A stretch of 64,000 bases of DNA from Marinicella sp. (lineage in GTDB: Bacteria > Pseudomonadota > Gammaproteobacteria > Xanthomonadales > Marinicellaceae): the NCBI GenBank assembly GCA_965230295.1, contig OZ246001.1:2528001-2592000 (forward strand). The letters are read 5' to 3'. This document shows positions 51,249-60,437 of the stretch, piece after piece (position 1 is the stretch's first letter; each line of letters starts with the position of its first letter). A program made the position numbers and the translations under genes. The notes beneath the pieces were generated by a model. That model did no database searches and was not told where the DNA came from. It was given only the letters and a program-made list of their open reading frames with translations.

Positions 51249-52706
51249 ATGAAAAAATACCTGATAATTCTGCTGTTCTCATGCCAGGCTTCTGCTGTCT
51301 ATATCAACCAGCAAGGCATCGGTGAGGTCTTGTTGATCCCTTATTATACTGTCAACAACAACCTCAATAGCCTGGTTACAGTGACCAACACCAGCGATAC
51401 CAGCAAAGCCGTCAAAATTAATGTCAGAGAAGGACTGAATGGATATGCCGTGCTTTCTTACAATGTCTATTTAGATGCTTACGACAGCTGGTCTTTTGGA
51501 TTTGTTCCTTCGACTTCAACCGTCACGGGTTATGTCGGTCAAGGCTCTGTCAAACAATACACATCCGATCATTCCTGTGCCCCATTTTTGGTTAAAAATG
51601 GACAAGAGTTTCTGCCTTACGAATTGATTGATGGTCCAGTTGGTATGGAAAGGTCACGTGAAGGGTTTATTGAAATTATTGAAATGGGTGAGTTGCAAGA
51701 TGAATTCATTGATTATGCTGACCAAGGTAACTTTGGTACGCCATCTGATTGTTCGGCATTTGAAGCTGCATGGCTACCAGGGGGTGCTTGGGATGCTGAT
51801 ACAGGAGGCGCGGTGACTCAACACATGGTGCCTGCTTCAGGAGATTTGATGGCGGAGGCCAATCTCGTCAATGTGGCCGAAGGCATTGATTTTTCAATTC
51901 CAGTGGTGGCGATGTCGGGATTTTTCAACACAGAGTCTGTTGCACATTTCAACCCTGGCGACACCAGTTTATCACTGGATGCCGCAGCTCCGTATGCCAC
52001 AGTTTTTGCCAATGAAAAATCATATCAACTGGGTTTTGAAACAGGAATTGATGCCGTAAGTGCAGTACTCATGGTGGATGAGTTGATTGCCAATTATGTG
52101 CTAGACACCATTGTTGCAGGGAAAACAGAGGCAGTTTTTTCACAACCGGCTCGAAGGTTTTATGTTTCTGAGCAAGGAAACAATAACCTGCCTCCTTATA
52201 ATGCAATGAATCATCCCAGGTTGTTTTGTCCAACTGAAACAAATACCAATGAACTCAGCCAGTACGGTGGGACAACTGTTAATTGGTTGTTGTCCGATCG
52301 AGAATCTCAGTTAGAGGTATTGAACCTTGTGTTAGATCCTCCGCCACCAAGATATGTTCCTGCCTTATGTGACAGTGTCTCAGTCTGGCAATTATTATTG
52401 CCTGGACAGTTTGGTGTCACTCCTGGAATCACAGCATCAAGTTATGACTTATCAATTGCCACTCCTGCAAGAGCAGTCACAGAAAATGGTTTTATTAAAA
52501 TTAATTTCTTGGATACCAGACCGTTGGTGGGTAGTGATCTCAATAACAATACACATGTTGAAATGATGGGTATTCCCATCATTGGCTTTACCTTACAACA
52601 GTTTTCAAATGCCTCAGCTGGTCCTGGATTATTAGCACAATATGGCTCCAGCAAAAGAATGAAACCTAAATTGCGTTTGGTGGAGCAGGGACTGCCATTG
52701 CAATAA
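51249..52706 (+). CDS. Secreted cell-surface protein
   Basis: Signal peptide ending ASA; GIGEVLLIPYYTV, REGLNG, REGFIEIIEMG, DRE and GIPIIGF blocks. Confidence 0.7.
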   Translation: MKKYLIILLFSCQASAVYINQQGIGEVLLIPYYTVNNNLNSLVTVTNTSDTSKAVKINVREGLNGYAVLSYNVYLDAYDSWSFGFVPSTSTVTGYVGQGSVKQYTSDHSCAPFLVKNGQEFLPYELIDGPVGMERSREGFIEIIEMGELQDEFIDYADQGNFGTPSDCSAFEAAWLPGGAWDADTGGAVTQHMVPASGDLMAEANLVNVAEGIDFSIPVVAMSGFFNTESVAHFNPGDTSLSLDAAAPYATVFANEKSYQLGFETGIDAVSAVLMVDELIANYVLDTIVAGKTEAVFSQPARRFYVSEQGNNNLPPYNAMNHPRLFCPTETNTNELSQYGGTTVNWLLSDRESQLEVLNLVLDPPPPRYVPALCDSVSVWQLLLPGQFGVTPGITASSYDLSIATPARAVTENGFIKINFLDTRPLVGSDLNNNTHVEMMGIPIIGFTLQQFSNASAGPGLLAQYGSSKRMKPKLRLVEQGLPLQ

Positions 52707-52821
52707 GGATTTTCCTTGGGACTACACTGAAATTGTTCCAAACAAAAGAAAACTGGTTAGTTTTTCAATATTCAGATATCTACCGTTAACAAACGCATCA
52801 GACTAGAATTAAATGTTATAT

Positions 52822-52882
52822 AGACGTCTAAACGTCTTGACATCTTTTTTCTTGCGGGTATTATATGGCCATTTAGACGTCT
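52822..52882 (+). promoter_or_regulatory. Tandem Met boxes (MetJ-type operator) overlapping a sigma-70 promoter
   Basis: AGACGTCT 52822, AAACGTCT 52830, TGACATCT 52838, AGACGTCT 52875; TTGACA 52837 and TATTAT 52859. Confidence 0.85.
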
Positions 52883-52891
52883 AAATGAAGT

Positions 52892-53902
52892 ATGACCCAA
52901 GCAACAGTAATCAATAGGACCGTACAAGTCAGCTCATCCGTACTCGCATCTGATGTTCAGTCAGGTGATATTGAAGTGGATTGTTGTTTGTGGGGAAAAC
53001 TGGATAAGCCATTGGTGGTGCTGATGGGTGGTATATCTGCCAATCGATGGGTCATTGATTGTGAAGAACAAACCGGATGGTGGAACCAAGTGGTTCATGA
53101 TAAAGCGGTCCTGAATACCCGTGATTTCTGTTTTCTTACTTTTGAATACATTTGTTTTGATACAGAAATTAATGAACCAGCAACTGTGGTTTCCACCACT
53201 GACCAGGCCCATGTCTTATATCAAATCCAGCAACAGCTTAACTTACCTCTATTCCATGCTGTCATAGGATCTTCTTATGGCGGCATGGTTTCTTTGGCTT
53301 TTGCTGCACTTTATCCTGAGGCATTGACACATTTAATCTGTATTGCTGCAGCCCATACCAATTCGGTAAAAAGTCAGGCACTGCGCTACATACAGAGACA
53401 AATCATGCGTTTGGGATCGAAACATGCTGATCAGCATGCGCAAACAGAATTCACTGCCTTGGCCAGATCCTTGGCCATGGTGGGTTACCGCGGAGAGGTT
53501 GAGTGGGAACACCGATTTGCCAATCCGAACACTGGACAGGCATTGGATGATGTTTCTGCCTATTTAAGGCACCATGGACGACAATTTGCTCAACGGTTTG
53601 AAGCCGATCGATACAATCAGTTGTCCAAGTCCATTGATTACCATCAAGTTGATGTCAGCAACATCCAAGCCAAAACCTTATTGGTTGGCATCACTTCAGA
53701 CCAAATGGTTCCGGTCGATCTCTTGCAAAAGCTGCGTGACAGGATGGCTACAGATTGTCAGCTGCATCTGATTAATTCAATTTACGGGCACGATGGTTTT
53801 CTGTTAGAAGCCGATGCCTTGAACTACATTTTTAAAACTTTTTTATGTGAGCAACCTCATGACAATATTGAACGAAACAACCGCCGTGCGAGCGGGTATT
53901 GA
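52892..53902 (+). CDS. metX: Homoserine O-acyltransferase (MetX alpha/beta hydrolase)
   Basis: GGISA, IGSSYGG nucleophile elbow and YGHDGFL; first gene before metB. Confidence 0.85.
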   Translation: MTQATVINRTVQVSSSVLASDVQSGDIEVDCCLWGKLDKPLVVLMGGISANRWVIDCEEQTGWWNQVVHDKAVLNTRDFCFLTFEYICFDTEINEPATVVSTTDQAHVLYQIQQQLNLPLFHAVIGSSYGGMVSLAFAALYPEALTHLICIAAAHTNSVKSQALRYIQRQIMRLGSKHADQHAQTEFTALARSLAMVGYRGEVEWEHRFANPNTGQALDDVSAYLRHHGRQFAQRFEADRYNQLSKSIDYHQVDVSNIQAKTLLVGITSDQMVPVDLLQKLRDRMATDCQLHLINSIYGHDGFLLEADALNYIFKTFLCEQPHDNIERNNRRASGY

Positions 53903-55049
53903 TTGCGACAGCCAACACGGTGCGGTGACACCACCACTGTATTTATCCAGTAACTATGCGTTCGCTGATTTTAATCAGCCGCGTAAATATGATTATTCAC
54001 GATCAGGAAACCCCACCCGTGACCTGTTGGCTGAAGCTTTGGCTGAACTGGAACAAGCTGCTGGTGGTGTGGTTACTTCTACTGGCATGTCGGCGGTGTT
54101 GTTGGTCATGCAGTTGTTACCCAACCGAGCTAAAGTCATCGCTCCACATGATTGTTATGGTGGCACTTTTCGTTTATTAACCACATTCCATGAAAAAGGT
54201 CAGTTACAAGTTGAGTTTGTAGATCAGTCAGATGAGCAAGCCGTCCAAAAAGCATTGCTACAAAAACCAGATCTGTTGTGGATAGAAACACCCAGCAACC
54301 CATTGCTTAGGGTGGTTGATGTACAACACTTATGTGATTCAGCCGGTCCTGATGTGCTCAAGGTGGTGGACAACACTTTCTTGTCTCCTGCTTTACAACA
54401 ACCCATCACTTTGGGAGCAGATTTGGTGGTGCATTCAACCACCAAGTACATCAATGGGCACAGTGATGTGGTTGGCGGCGCGGTGTTGGCCAAAACAGCT
54501 GAATTGGCTGAACAGATATCTTGGTGGGCCAATTGTATTGGTATCACTGCAGCACCGTTTGACAGTTTGCTGACTTTGCGAGGGTTGCGCACCCTGAATG
54601 TCAGGATGAAACAACACTTGGAAAATACGGAACAAATTCTGGCGTTTCTACAGCAACACCCGGCCGTTGAAAAAATATACTACCCAGGTTTAGACACCCA
54701 TCCTGGCCATGAGATAGCTAAAAAACAACAGCACCATTTTGGTGCCATGCTGTCTTTTGAACTCAAAGGGGGGGGGGAAGCAGTCAGGGCTTTGGTCAAT
54801 AACCTCAAGTATTTCACCTTGGCTGAATCTTTGGGAGGCGTTGAATCACTGATCTGTCATCCAGCCACCATGACCCATGCGGCCATGGTACCTGAGGCCC
54901 AAGAAGCAGCGGGCATTGGTGCCGGACTGATTCGGTTGTCCGTTGGCATCGAGCATGTCAATGATCTGGTGGCTGATCTGGACCACGGGTTGTCACGCAG
55001 TCAAATTCAGTCTTTGAACCCGGTCATTAAGGAAGGTACCCATGCCTGA
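53859..55049 (+). CDS. metB: Cystathionine gamma-synthase
   Basis: YDYSRSGNPTR, ETPSNP, HSTTKYINGHSD and AESLGGVESL motifs. Confidence 0.95.
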   Translation: MTILNETTAVRAGIDCDSQHGAVTPPLYLSSNYAFADFNQPRKYDYSRSGNPTRDLLAEALAELEQAAGGVVTSTGMSAVLLVMQLLPNRAKVIAPHDCYGGTFRLLTTFHEKGQLQVEFVDQSDEQAVQKALLQKPDLLWIETPSNPLLRVVDVQHLCDSAGPDVLKVVDNTFLSPALQQPITLGADLVVHSTTKYINGHSDVVGGAVLAKTAELAEQISWWANCIGITAAPFDSLLTLRGLRTLNVRMKQHLENTEQILAFLQQHPAVEKIYYPGLDTHPGHEIAKKQQHHFGAMLSFELKGGGEAVRALVNNLKYFTLAESLGGVESLICHPATMTHAAMVPEAQEAAGIGAGLIRLSVGIEHVNDLVADLDHGLSRSQIQSLNPVIKEGTHA

Positions 55050-57417
55050 ACAATCATTGAGCCTGTCATTCAAACCAAGTCCCAATGTCCATAAATTTGG
55101 CGGGACCAGTTTGAGCACTGCAGTAAAAATTGATCAAGTGGTACAAACCATTGAAGAACAGGTGCGCGCAGGAGATTATGTGGTGGTTTCGGCCAATGGC
55201 AAAGTCACTGATTTGTTGCTGGATTTGATGCAAGGACAGAAAAAAGCCTGGATACAATTGTTGAGTTATTTGAATGAATTGTTCGAAGAGAGTTTATCTG
55301 AATCAAGTGCATTGTTGGCACAGGTCAACTTAGATTTGAACAAAATTTCTGAAATCATCAAACGGAGTCGATTCAATGAACATCAGGTTTTGGCCTATGG
55401 TGAATTGTGGTCAGCCCAGTTGTTGTCAGCAAAACTCAATGAGTTGCAGCAGCCGAATCAGTGGGTGGATGCCCGTGAATTGTTTGTGGTTGATGTACAG
55501 AATAATTTAGCGAATTCAAACGCTGCACGTCAAATGTTGCTGAAAAGGCGTGTGCACAATCATGCTTCCCAGGCTGATGAGGTCATTCATATCGTGACTG
55601 GATTCATTGCGCGTGATGAGGCAGGAAACTGTACCACACTGGGGAGAAATGGCAGTGATTACACGGCCACATTGATTGCTGATTTATTGCAGACGCCCGC
55701 CGTATATTTGTGGACAGACGTTGATGGTGTCTATACAGCCGACCCCAATGTCATCACTGATGCGAGGCGTATTTCAGATTTGACCCTCAGTGAAGCACAA
55801 GCATTGTCAGAGTTGGGTTCTCATGTTTTGCACCAAAAAACCATGGCACCGCTGTTACAACAAAGCACCAAAATCATCATCAACTGCTGTGAAAAACTGA
55901 GCAATGGAACGGCAGTTGAGCGGTCAGTTCATTCAGAAATCAAACAAGTAAAGACTTTGGCCCATAAGAGCGACCTGGTGGCACTTTCTGTGTCAGGACT
56001 TTCTGAGCTCGAGGCCAGGCAATTCCAAACCCGGTTAACCGCCGCACAAATCAATAATTATGCGAACCACTTTGACAAGACTCAAAATAAGTTGAGTTTT
56101 TATGTGGAAAATTTAGATTGGTTCAAAACCACTCAACTGATCAAAGCAGCGGGTTTGACCACTGAAACCCAAGAGCCTGGCATCAGTTTAATCAGTGCGG
56201 TGGGACAGCACATCAGACAAAACACCCAAGTGATCAGCAAGATCTTAAACCGGTCTGATGGTTTTCCGGTGCACCAGATTCACTACCCGGCCAATGATCA
56301 CACCCTGTGCGTACTGTTACCAGATGAGCATGCAGCAGACCTGCTTGAAGACTTACACCAAACCTTTTTCAACCTGGAACCATCCATGCCAATCGTGGTA
56401 TTGGGTTATGGCAACATTGGTAGACAATTTCTCCACATTCTGAAAGCCAACAAAGGTCACATTGAACAACAAGTCAATCAGGCTTTGTCAGTGGTGGCAG
56501 TGGCCAACAGTCGTTTCTATCAATACAGCCAACATTGTTTGTTAGAACAGTGCATTGATTTAAATCAGACCAACAATCAAGGCCAGTTGCAGGAAGAGTT
56601 GGCCCAGTACCGCGGTAAACCAGCGGTCATCATCGATCTGACAGCCAGTGAAGAGGTGGCGAAACAATACCTTGGTTTTGCTGAAAACAGTTGGCACATC
56701 ATCTCAGCCAACAAATTGGCCGCAGCTGATGCCAGTTGGGCCGACCAAATCAATCAAGCTTTGTCAGTCAACCAACGCCTGTGGCAAAAAAATACCACTG
56801 TTGGTGCTGCCTTGCCAGTTCAGTCCAGTATCAAAAACATCCAAGCCAATGGCGACCAAATTAAATCTGTCAGCGGGGTGTTTTCCGGATCTTTGTCGTG
56901 GTTGTTCAGTCAATATGACGGACAAACACCGTTCATGGATTGGGTCAGGCAAGCCCATGAGCAGGCGTTTACAGAACCTGACCCCAGGGATGATTTATCA
57001 GGTCAAGATGTATATCGCAAAGCCTTGATACTGGCTCATGAGTTGGGCTTCACACCCCAAAAGATTGTTTTTGAACCGGTGATACCTGAAAACTATCTGG
57101 AAGGAAGTATTGAACAGTTTTGGCAACATCAAGACAACATCAATGTTTATATGCAAGGCCTTTGGCAACAGGCTCAACAACAAGACCAATCTTTGTGTTA
57201 TTTGGCCAAAGTCACTGCTGAAGAATTGAGGGTACAATTGAAATTGATTGATTCAAACCATGCTGCTGCCCAGCTACAGCCCAGCGATAATATTTTCATC
57301 ATTGAATCTGATTGGTATGCAGATAATCCATTGGTCATCCAAGGCCCGGGTGCAGGCCGAGAAGTGACAGCAGCTGGTGTGTTAACTGACTTGATTGAAG
57401 TGCTTCAATCAAGTTGA
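55042..57417 (+). CDS. metL: Bifunctional aspartokinase/homoserine dehydrogenase II
   Basis: HKFGGTS, LGRNGSDYTA, GYGNIG, TEPDPRDDLSG and GPGAGREVTA; follows metB. Confidence 0.9.
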   Translation: MPEQSLSLSFKPSPNVHKFGGTSLSTAVKIDQVVQTIEEQVRAGDYVVVSANGKVTDLLLDLMQGQKKAWIQLLSYLNELFEESLSESSALLAQVNLDLNKISEIIKRSRFNEHQVLAYGELWSAQLLSAKLNELQQPNQWVDARELFVVDVQNNLANSNAARQMLLKRRVHNHASQADEVIHIVTGFIARDEAGNCTTLGRNGSDYTATLIADLLQTPAVYLWTDVDGVYTADPNVITDARRISDLTLSEAQALSELGSHVLHQKTMAPLLQQSTKIIINCCEKLSNGTAVERSVHSEIKQVKTLAHKSDLVALSVSGLSELEARQFQTRLTAAQINNYANHFDKTQNKLSFYVENLDWFKTTQLIKAAGLTTETQEPGISLISAVGQHIRQNTQVISKILNRSDGFPVHQIHYPANDHTLCVLLPDEHAADLLEDLHQTFFNLEPSMPIVVLGYGNIGRQFLHILKANKGHIEQQVNQALSVVAVANSRFYQYSQHCLLEQCIDLNQTNNQGQLQEELAQYRGKPAVIIDLTASEEVAKQYLGFAENSWHIISANKLAAADASWADQINQALSVNQRLWQKNTTVGAALPVQSSIKNIQANGDQIKSVSGVFSGSLSWLFSQYDGQTPFMDWVRQAHEQAFTEPDPRDDLSGQDVYRKALILAHELGFTPQKIVFEPVIPENYLEGSIEQFWQHQDNINVYMQGLWQQAQQQDQSLCYLAKVTAEELRVQLKLIDSNHAAAQLQPSDNIFIIESDWYADNPLVIQGPGAGREVTAAGVLTDLIEVLQSS

Positions 57418-57432
57418 TGGGTTGTGTTTGCC

Positions 57433-58179
57433 TCAAGTTACCTTGTGTAAAAGCATTTGCTCGTAATAAGGCATACAGGTATCGGCTGTGCGCTGTTCTT
57501 CAGCAGATAATTTATTTTCTTTGGGGCTGTAAGTGGAAAATCCTGTGGATTCGATCACCCGGTTGTACCAATGTTCTGCCCACACGCCATCAGAGTCCCG
57601 GTAGCCTTTGGGCCAGGACAGCATGGCGTCATCAAAAGGAACATCTAGGGCCGAACACATTTTTTTCAGCATGCCAGGCGGGTCCAGCAAGATGTCTTTG
57701 GATTCGAAAATGGGTGGGATGGAGCCACTTTGATTGCGGATCTTCTCAAACAGTTTGACTTGTTGTGGGAAACCCAAATCTTCAGGCGTGGCTTTGGGGT
57801 GTTTGCGTAAATACGAGGCCAGGACATCGTTGGGGTGCCTGATCAAAAAAGCATGACGCAGTTGCTCGACAAAATCCAACTCAATGTCATCGGTTAAATG
57901 ATGACTCATGTGTTTTTGGTAGTAGATGGCTGTGTTGTCATCAGCATCATCCGGCGTATCTTTGGTCAGCGATTCAACAATGGGCTGCCAATCAGCACCT
58001 TGTTCGGTGATGATTTCCTCAAAGGCGGCGTGTTTTTTTCCTGTGCTGGCCAAGTAAGGGCCATACAGGGGTTCATCAACCACCACAGTATCGGTTCGAT
58101 TTTCCCAAGACCTCATCATGGCTGTTGAGATGTTGCGTGGACCAGACCACATGGCAATTCTGATCAAAGCTTGACTCAT
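57433..58179 (-). CDS. Sulfotransferase-like P-loop protein
   Basis: IAMWSGPRNISTAMMRSW, DEPLY, QKHM, FLIRHP and GVWAEHWY. Confidence 0.88.
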   Translation of the reverse strand: MSQALIRIAMWSGPRNISTAMMRSWENRTDTVVVDEPLYGPYLASTGKKHAAFEEIITEQGADWQPIVESLTKDTPDDADDNTAIYYQKHMSHHLTDDIELDFVEQLRHAFLIRHPNDVLASYLRKHPKATPEDLGFPQQVKLFEKIRNQSGSIPPIFESKDILLDPPGMLKKMCSALDVPFDDAMLSWPKGYRDSDGVWAEHWYNRVIESTGFSTYSPKENKLSAEEQRTADTCMPYYEQMLLHKVT

Positions 58180-59090
58180 GCTTTGGACTCGCTTTTGATC
58201 AATCCAATGTATAAATCCTGCAGCTTTCTGATCATATTTCGTTGTTTGCCATCACCAATCAAACGGCCGTCCACTTCATTGACTGGTGTGATGCCAGCGA
58301 AGGTACCGGTCACGAATGCTTCATCAGCGCCGTAGACGTCAAACAGGGAAAAATTCTTTTGTTTGACCGTTATGCCGTTGTTTTCACACAAACTTATGAT
58401 TTTCGATCGGGTGATGCCTCCCAAACAAAAGTCCCCTGTTGAAGTCCATACTTCACCTTGGGTGACAATAAAAAAATGAGTGGAGTTACAGGTCGAAACA
58501 AACCCATGTGGGTCCAGCATCAAGGCTTCATCGGCACCAGCTTTGGCGGCCTGAATGCAGCCCTGGATGCAGTTGATCTTTGAATGCGAATTCATCTTTT
58601 GGTCCTGTACATCAGGATATCCTCGGCGGACATGGGTGGTGAACAAGCGGATGCCACCATCAATTTTACGGGGTGATGGATTTTTGTATTCAGCAATGAT
58701 AACGATGGTGCTGCCAGGAATGGTGCACCTGGGGTCTTGGTATGGGGTGATTTTCTCCCCCCGTGTCACCATCAATCTGATGTGTACCCCATCATGCATG
58801 TCGTTGGCATTGAGTGTCTCATGCAAGCGTTGTGATAATTCTTCTGGCGTTAAGCCAATGTCTAAATCCAGGGATTTTGCCCCTTGATACAGGCGTCTGA
58901 GGTGATCATCCAAAAACACCACCACACCCTGGTGCAAGCGCAAGCCTTCCCACACACCATCTCCCAAAATGAACCCACTGTCGAAAACTGAAACCACGGC
59001 TTTTTCCCGAGGCAACAATTGGCCATTGACATTGATCAGGATGGATCGGTTGCGTTCATCTTCAATGTATTCGTGTGTACCTTTGCTCAT
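58176..59090 (-). CDS. Aminotransferase class IV (BCAT/D-amino acid transaminase-like)
   Basis: DSGFILGDGVWEG, HSK, LGGITR and ADEAFVTGT motifs. Confidence 0.92.
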   Translation of the reverse strand: MSKGTHEYIEDERNRSILINVNGQLLPREKAVVSVFDSGFILGDGVWEGLRLHQGVVVFLDDHLRRLYQGAKSLDLDIGLTPEELSQRLHETLNANDMHDGVHIRLMVTRGEKITPYQDPRCTIPGSTIVIIAEYKNPSPRKIDGGIRLFTTHVRRGYPDVQDQKMNSHSKINCIQGCIQAAKAGADEALMLDPHGFVSTCNSTHFFIVTQGEVWTSTGDFCLGGITRSKIISLCENNGITVKQKNFSLFDVYGADEAFVTGTFAGITPVNEVDGRLIGDGKQRNMIRKLQDLYIGLIKSESKA

Positions 59091-59286
59091 CTGTTCAATA
59101 AAAATATCAATCCTGATGATGTTAACAGAAAATGCACTGAATAAAAAATTGTGATTTTCAGGTTACATTCGCCATGGTTTTTCATTGAAGAAGTGAGTTT
59201 CAAGGGCAACCATGAAGACACAAGTATTCACATATGCTCAAAATAAATTGTGCTATCATAAAATGTAAAAAAGACAGGAATGTAAA

Positions 59287-60345
59287 GTGGAACTGAACTA
59301 TAACCTACTGATTGTTGATGATGTCTCAGAAAATATTCAAGTGGCCATGAATATTTTGAAAGAGCAGGGTTACAATTTTTCATATGCCTTAAATGGCACC
59401 GAAGCGATCGAACTGTTGAAAAACAACAGCTTTGATTTGGTGTTGTTGGATGTGATGATGCCCGATATCAATGGTTTTGAGGTTTGTGAGTTCATGAAAT
59501 CAGACCCCAGACTGACTGAAATTCCTGTGATTTTTTTGACTGCCAGGGTGGATGTGGATTCCATTGCCAAGGGATTCAATGTCGGGGGTGTGGATTACAT
59601 CACCAAACCATTTCATGGCAACGAACTCATCGTTAGGGTCAAAACCCACTTGCAGTTGTATCATGCCAAAAAGCTGTTGCAGCAAAATAACATTGTGTTA
59701 CAGCACAAACTGAAAAACAGAGAAATTCGCATCTTGTCTGAATTGGAACAGAATCAGAAAGAAATGATTTTTATGTTGACGGAGTTGATGGAAGCCACAT
59801 CGGATGAAACAGGCCAACACATCAAACGCGTGGCAGAAATATCTCGTCTATTGGCTTATTATCATCCGAGTTTAAATCATGATGACGAAGACATCATATT
59901 CCATGGGTCACCGATGCATGACATTGGCAAGATCACCTTGCCTCAATCCATTCTGCACAAGCCCAGCGCCCTGACAGATGAAGAGCGAGAAGTGATGAAA
60001 ACTCACACCACCAATGCCTATAATTTTTTGAAGCTATCACAAAGGAAATTCATCAAAGCAGCCGCCATGATTGCCTACCACCATCATGAAAAGTGGGATG
60101 GAACAGGATACCCACAAGGCCTGGAAGGTGATGACATCCATATTTATGGCAGGATCGTGGCTTTGGCAGATGTTTTTGATGCTTTGACCCACAAAAGGAA
60201 GTACAAAGAGGCCTGGCCCACAGAGCAGGCAGTTGAATACATCAAAGACCTCAAAGGCGTACAGTTTGACCCGGCTTTGGTGGACATATTTTTAGCCCAC
60301 TTAGATGAGTTTGTTGATATCATTCAATCCAATGATCAGGACTGA
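59287..60345 (+). CDS. Response regulator with HD-GYP phosphodiesterase domain
   Basis: REC domain (VDD, LDVMMP, KPF); HDIGK, HHEKWDGTGYP and ADVFDAL. Confidence 0.93.
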   Translation: MELNYNLLIVDDVSENIQVAMNILKEQGYNFSYALNGTEAIELLKNNSFDLVLLDVMMPDINGFEVCEFMKSDPRLTEIPVIFLTARVDVDSIAKGFNVGGVDYITKPFHGNELIVRVKTHLQLYHAKKLLQQNNIVLQHKLKNREIRILSELEQNQKEMIFMLTELMEATSDETGQHIKRVAEISRLLAYYHPSLNHDDEDIIFHGSPMHDIGKITLPQSILHKPSALTDEEREVMKTHTTNAYNFLKLSQRKFIKAAAMIAYHHHEKWDGTGYPQGLEGDDIHIYGRIVALADVFDALTHKRKYKEAWPTEQAVEYIKDLKGVQFDPALVDIFLAHLDEFVDIIQSNDQD

Positions 60346-60437
60346 AGTCATGAGTAGGCAGCCTCATTTTGTCTGGTCAGTCCTGAGGTACTCCAAAAAC
60401 GATTCCAACTTGGTTCAACCCCACCCACTGGATTCGT

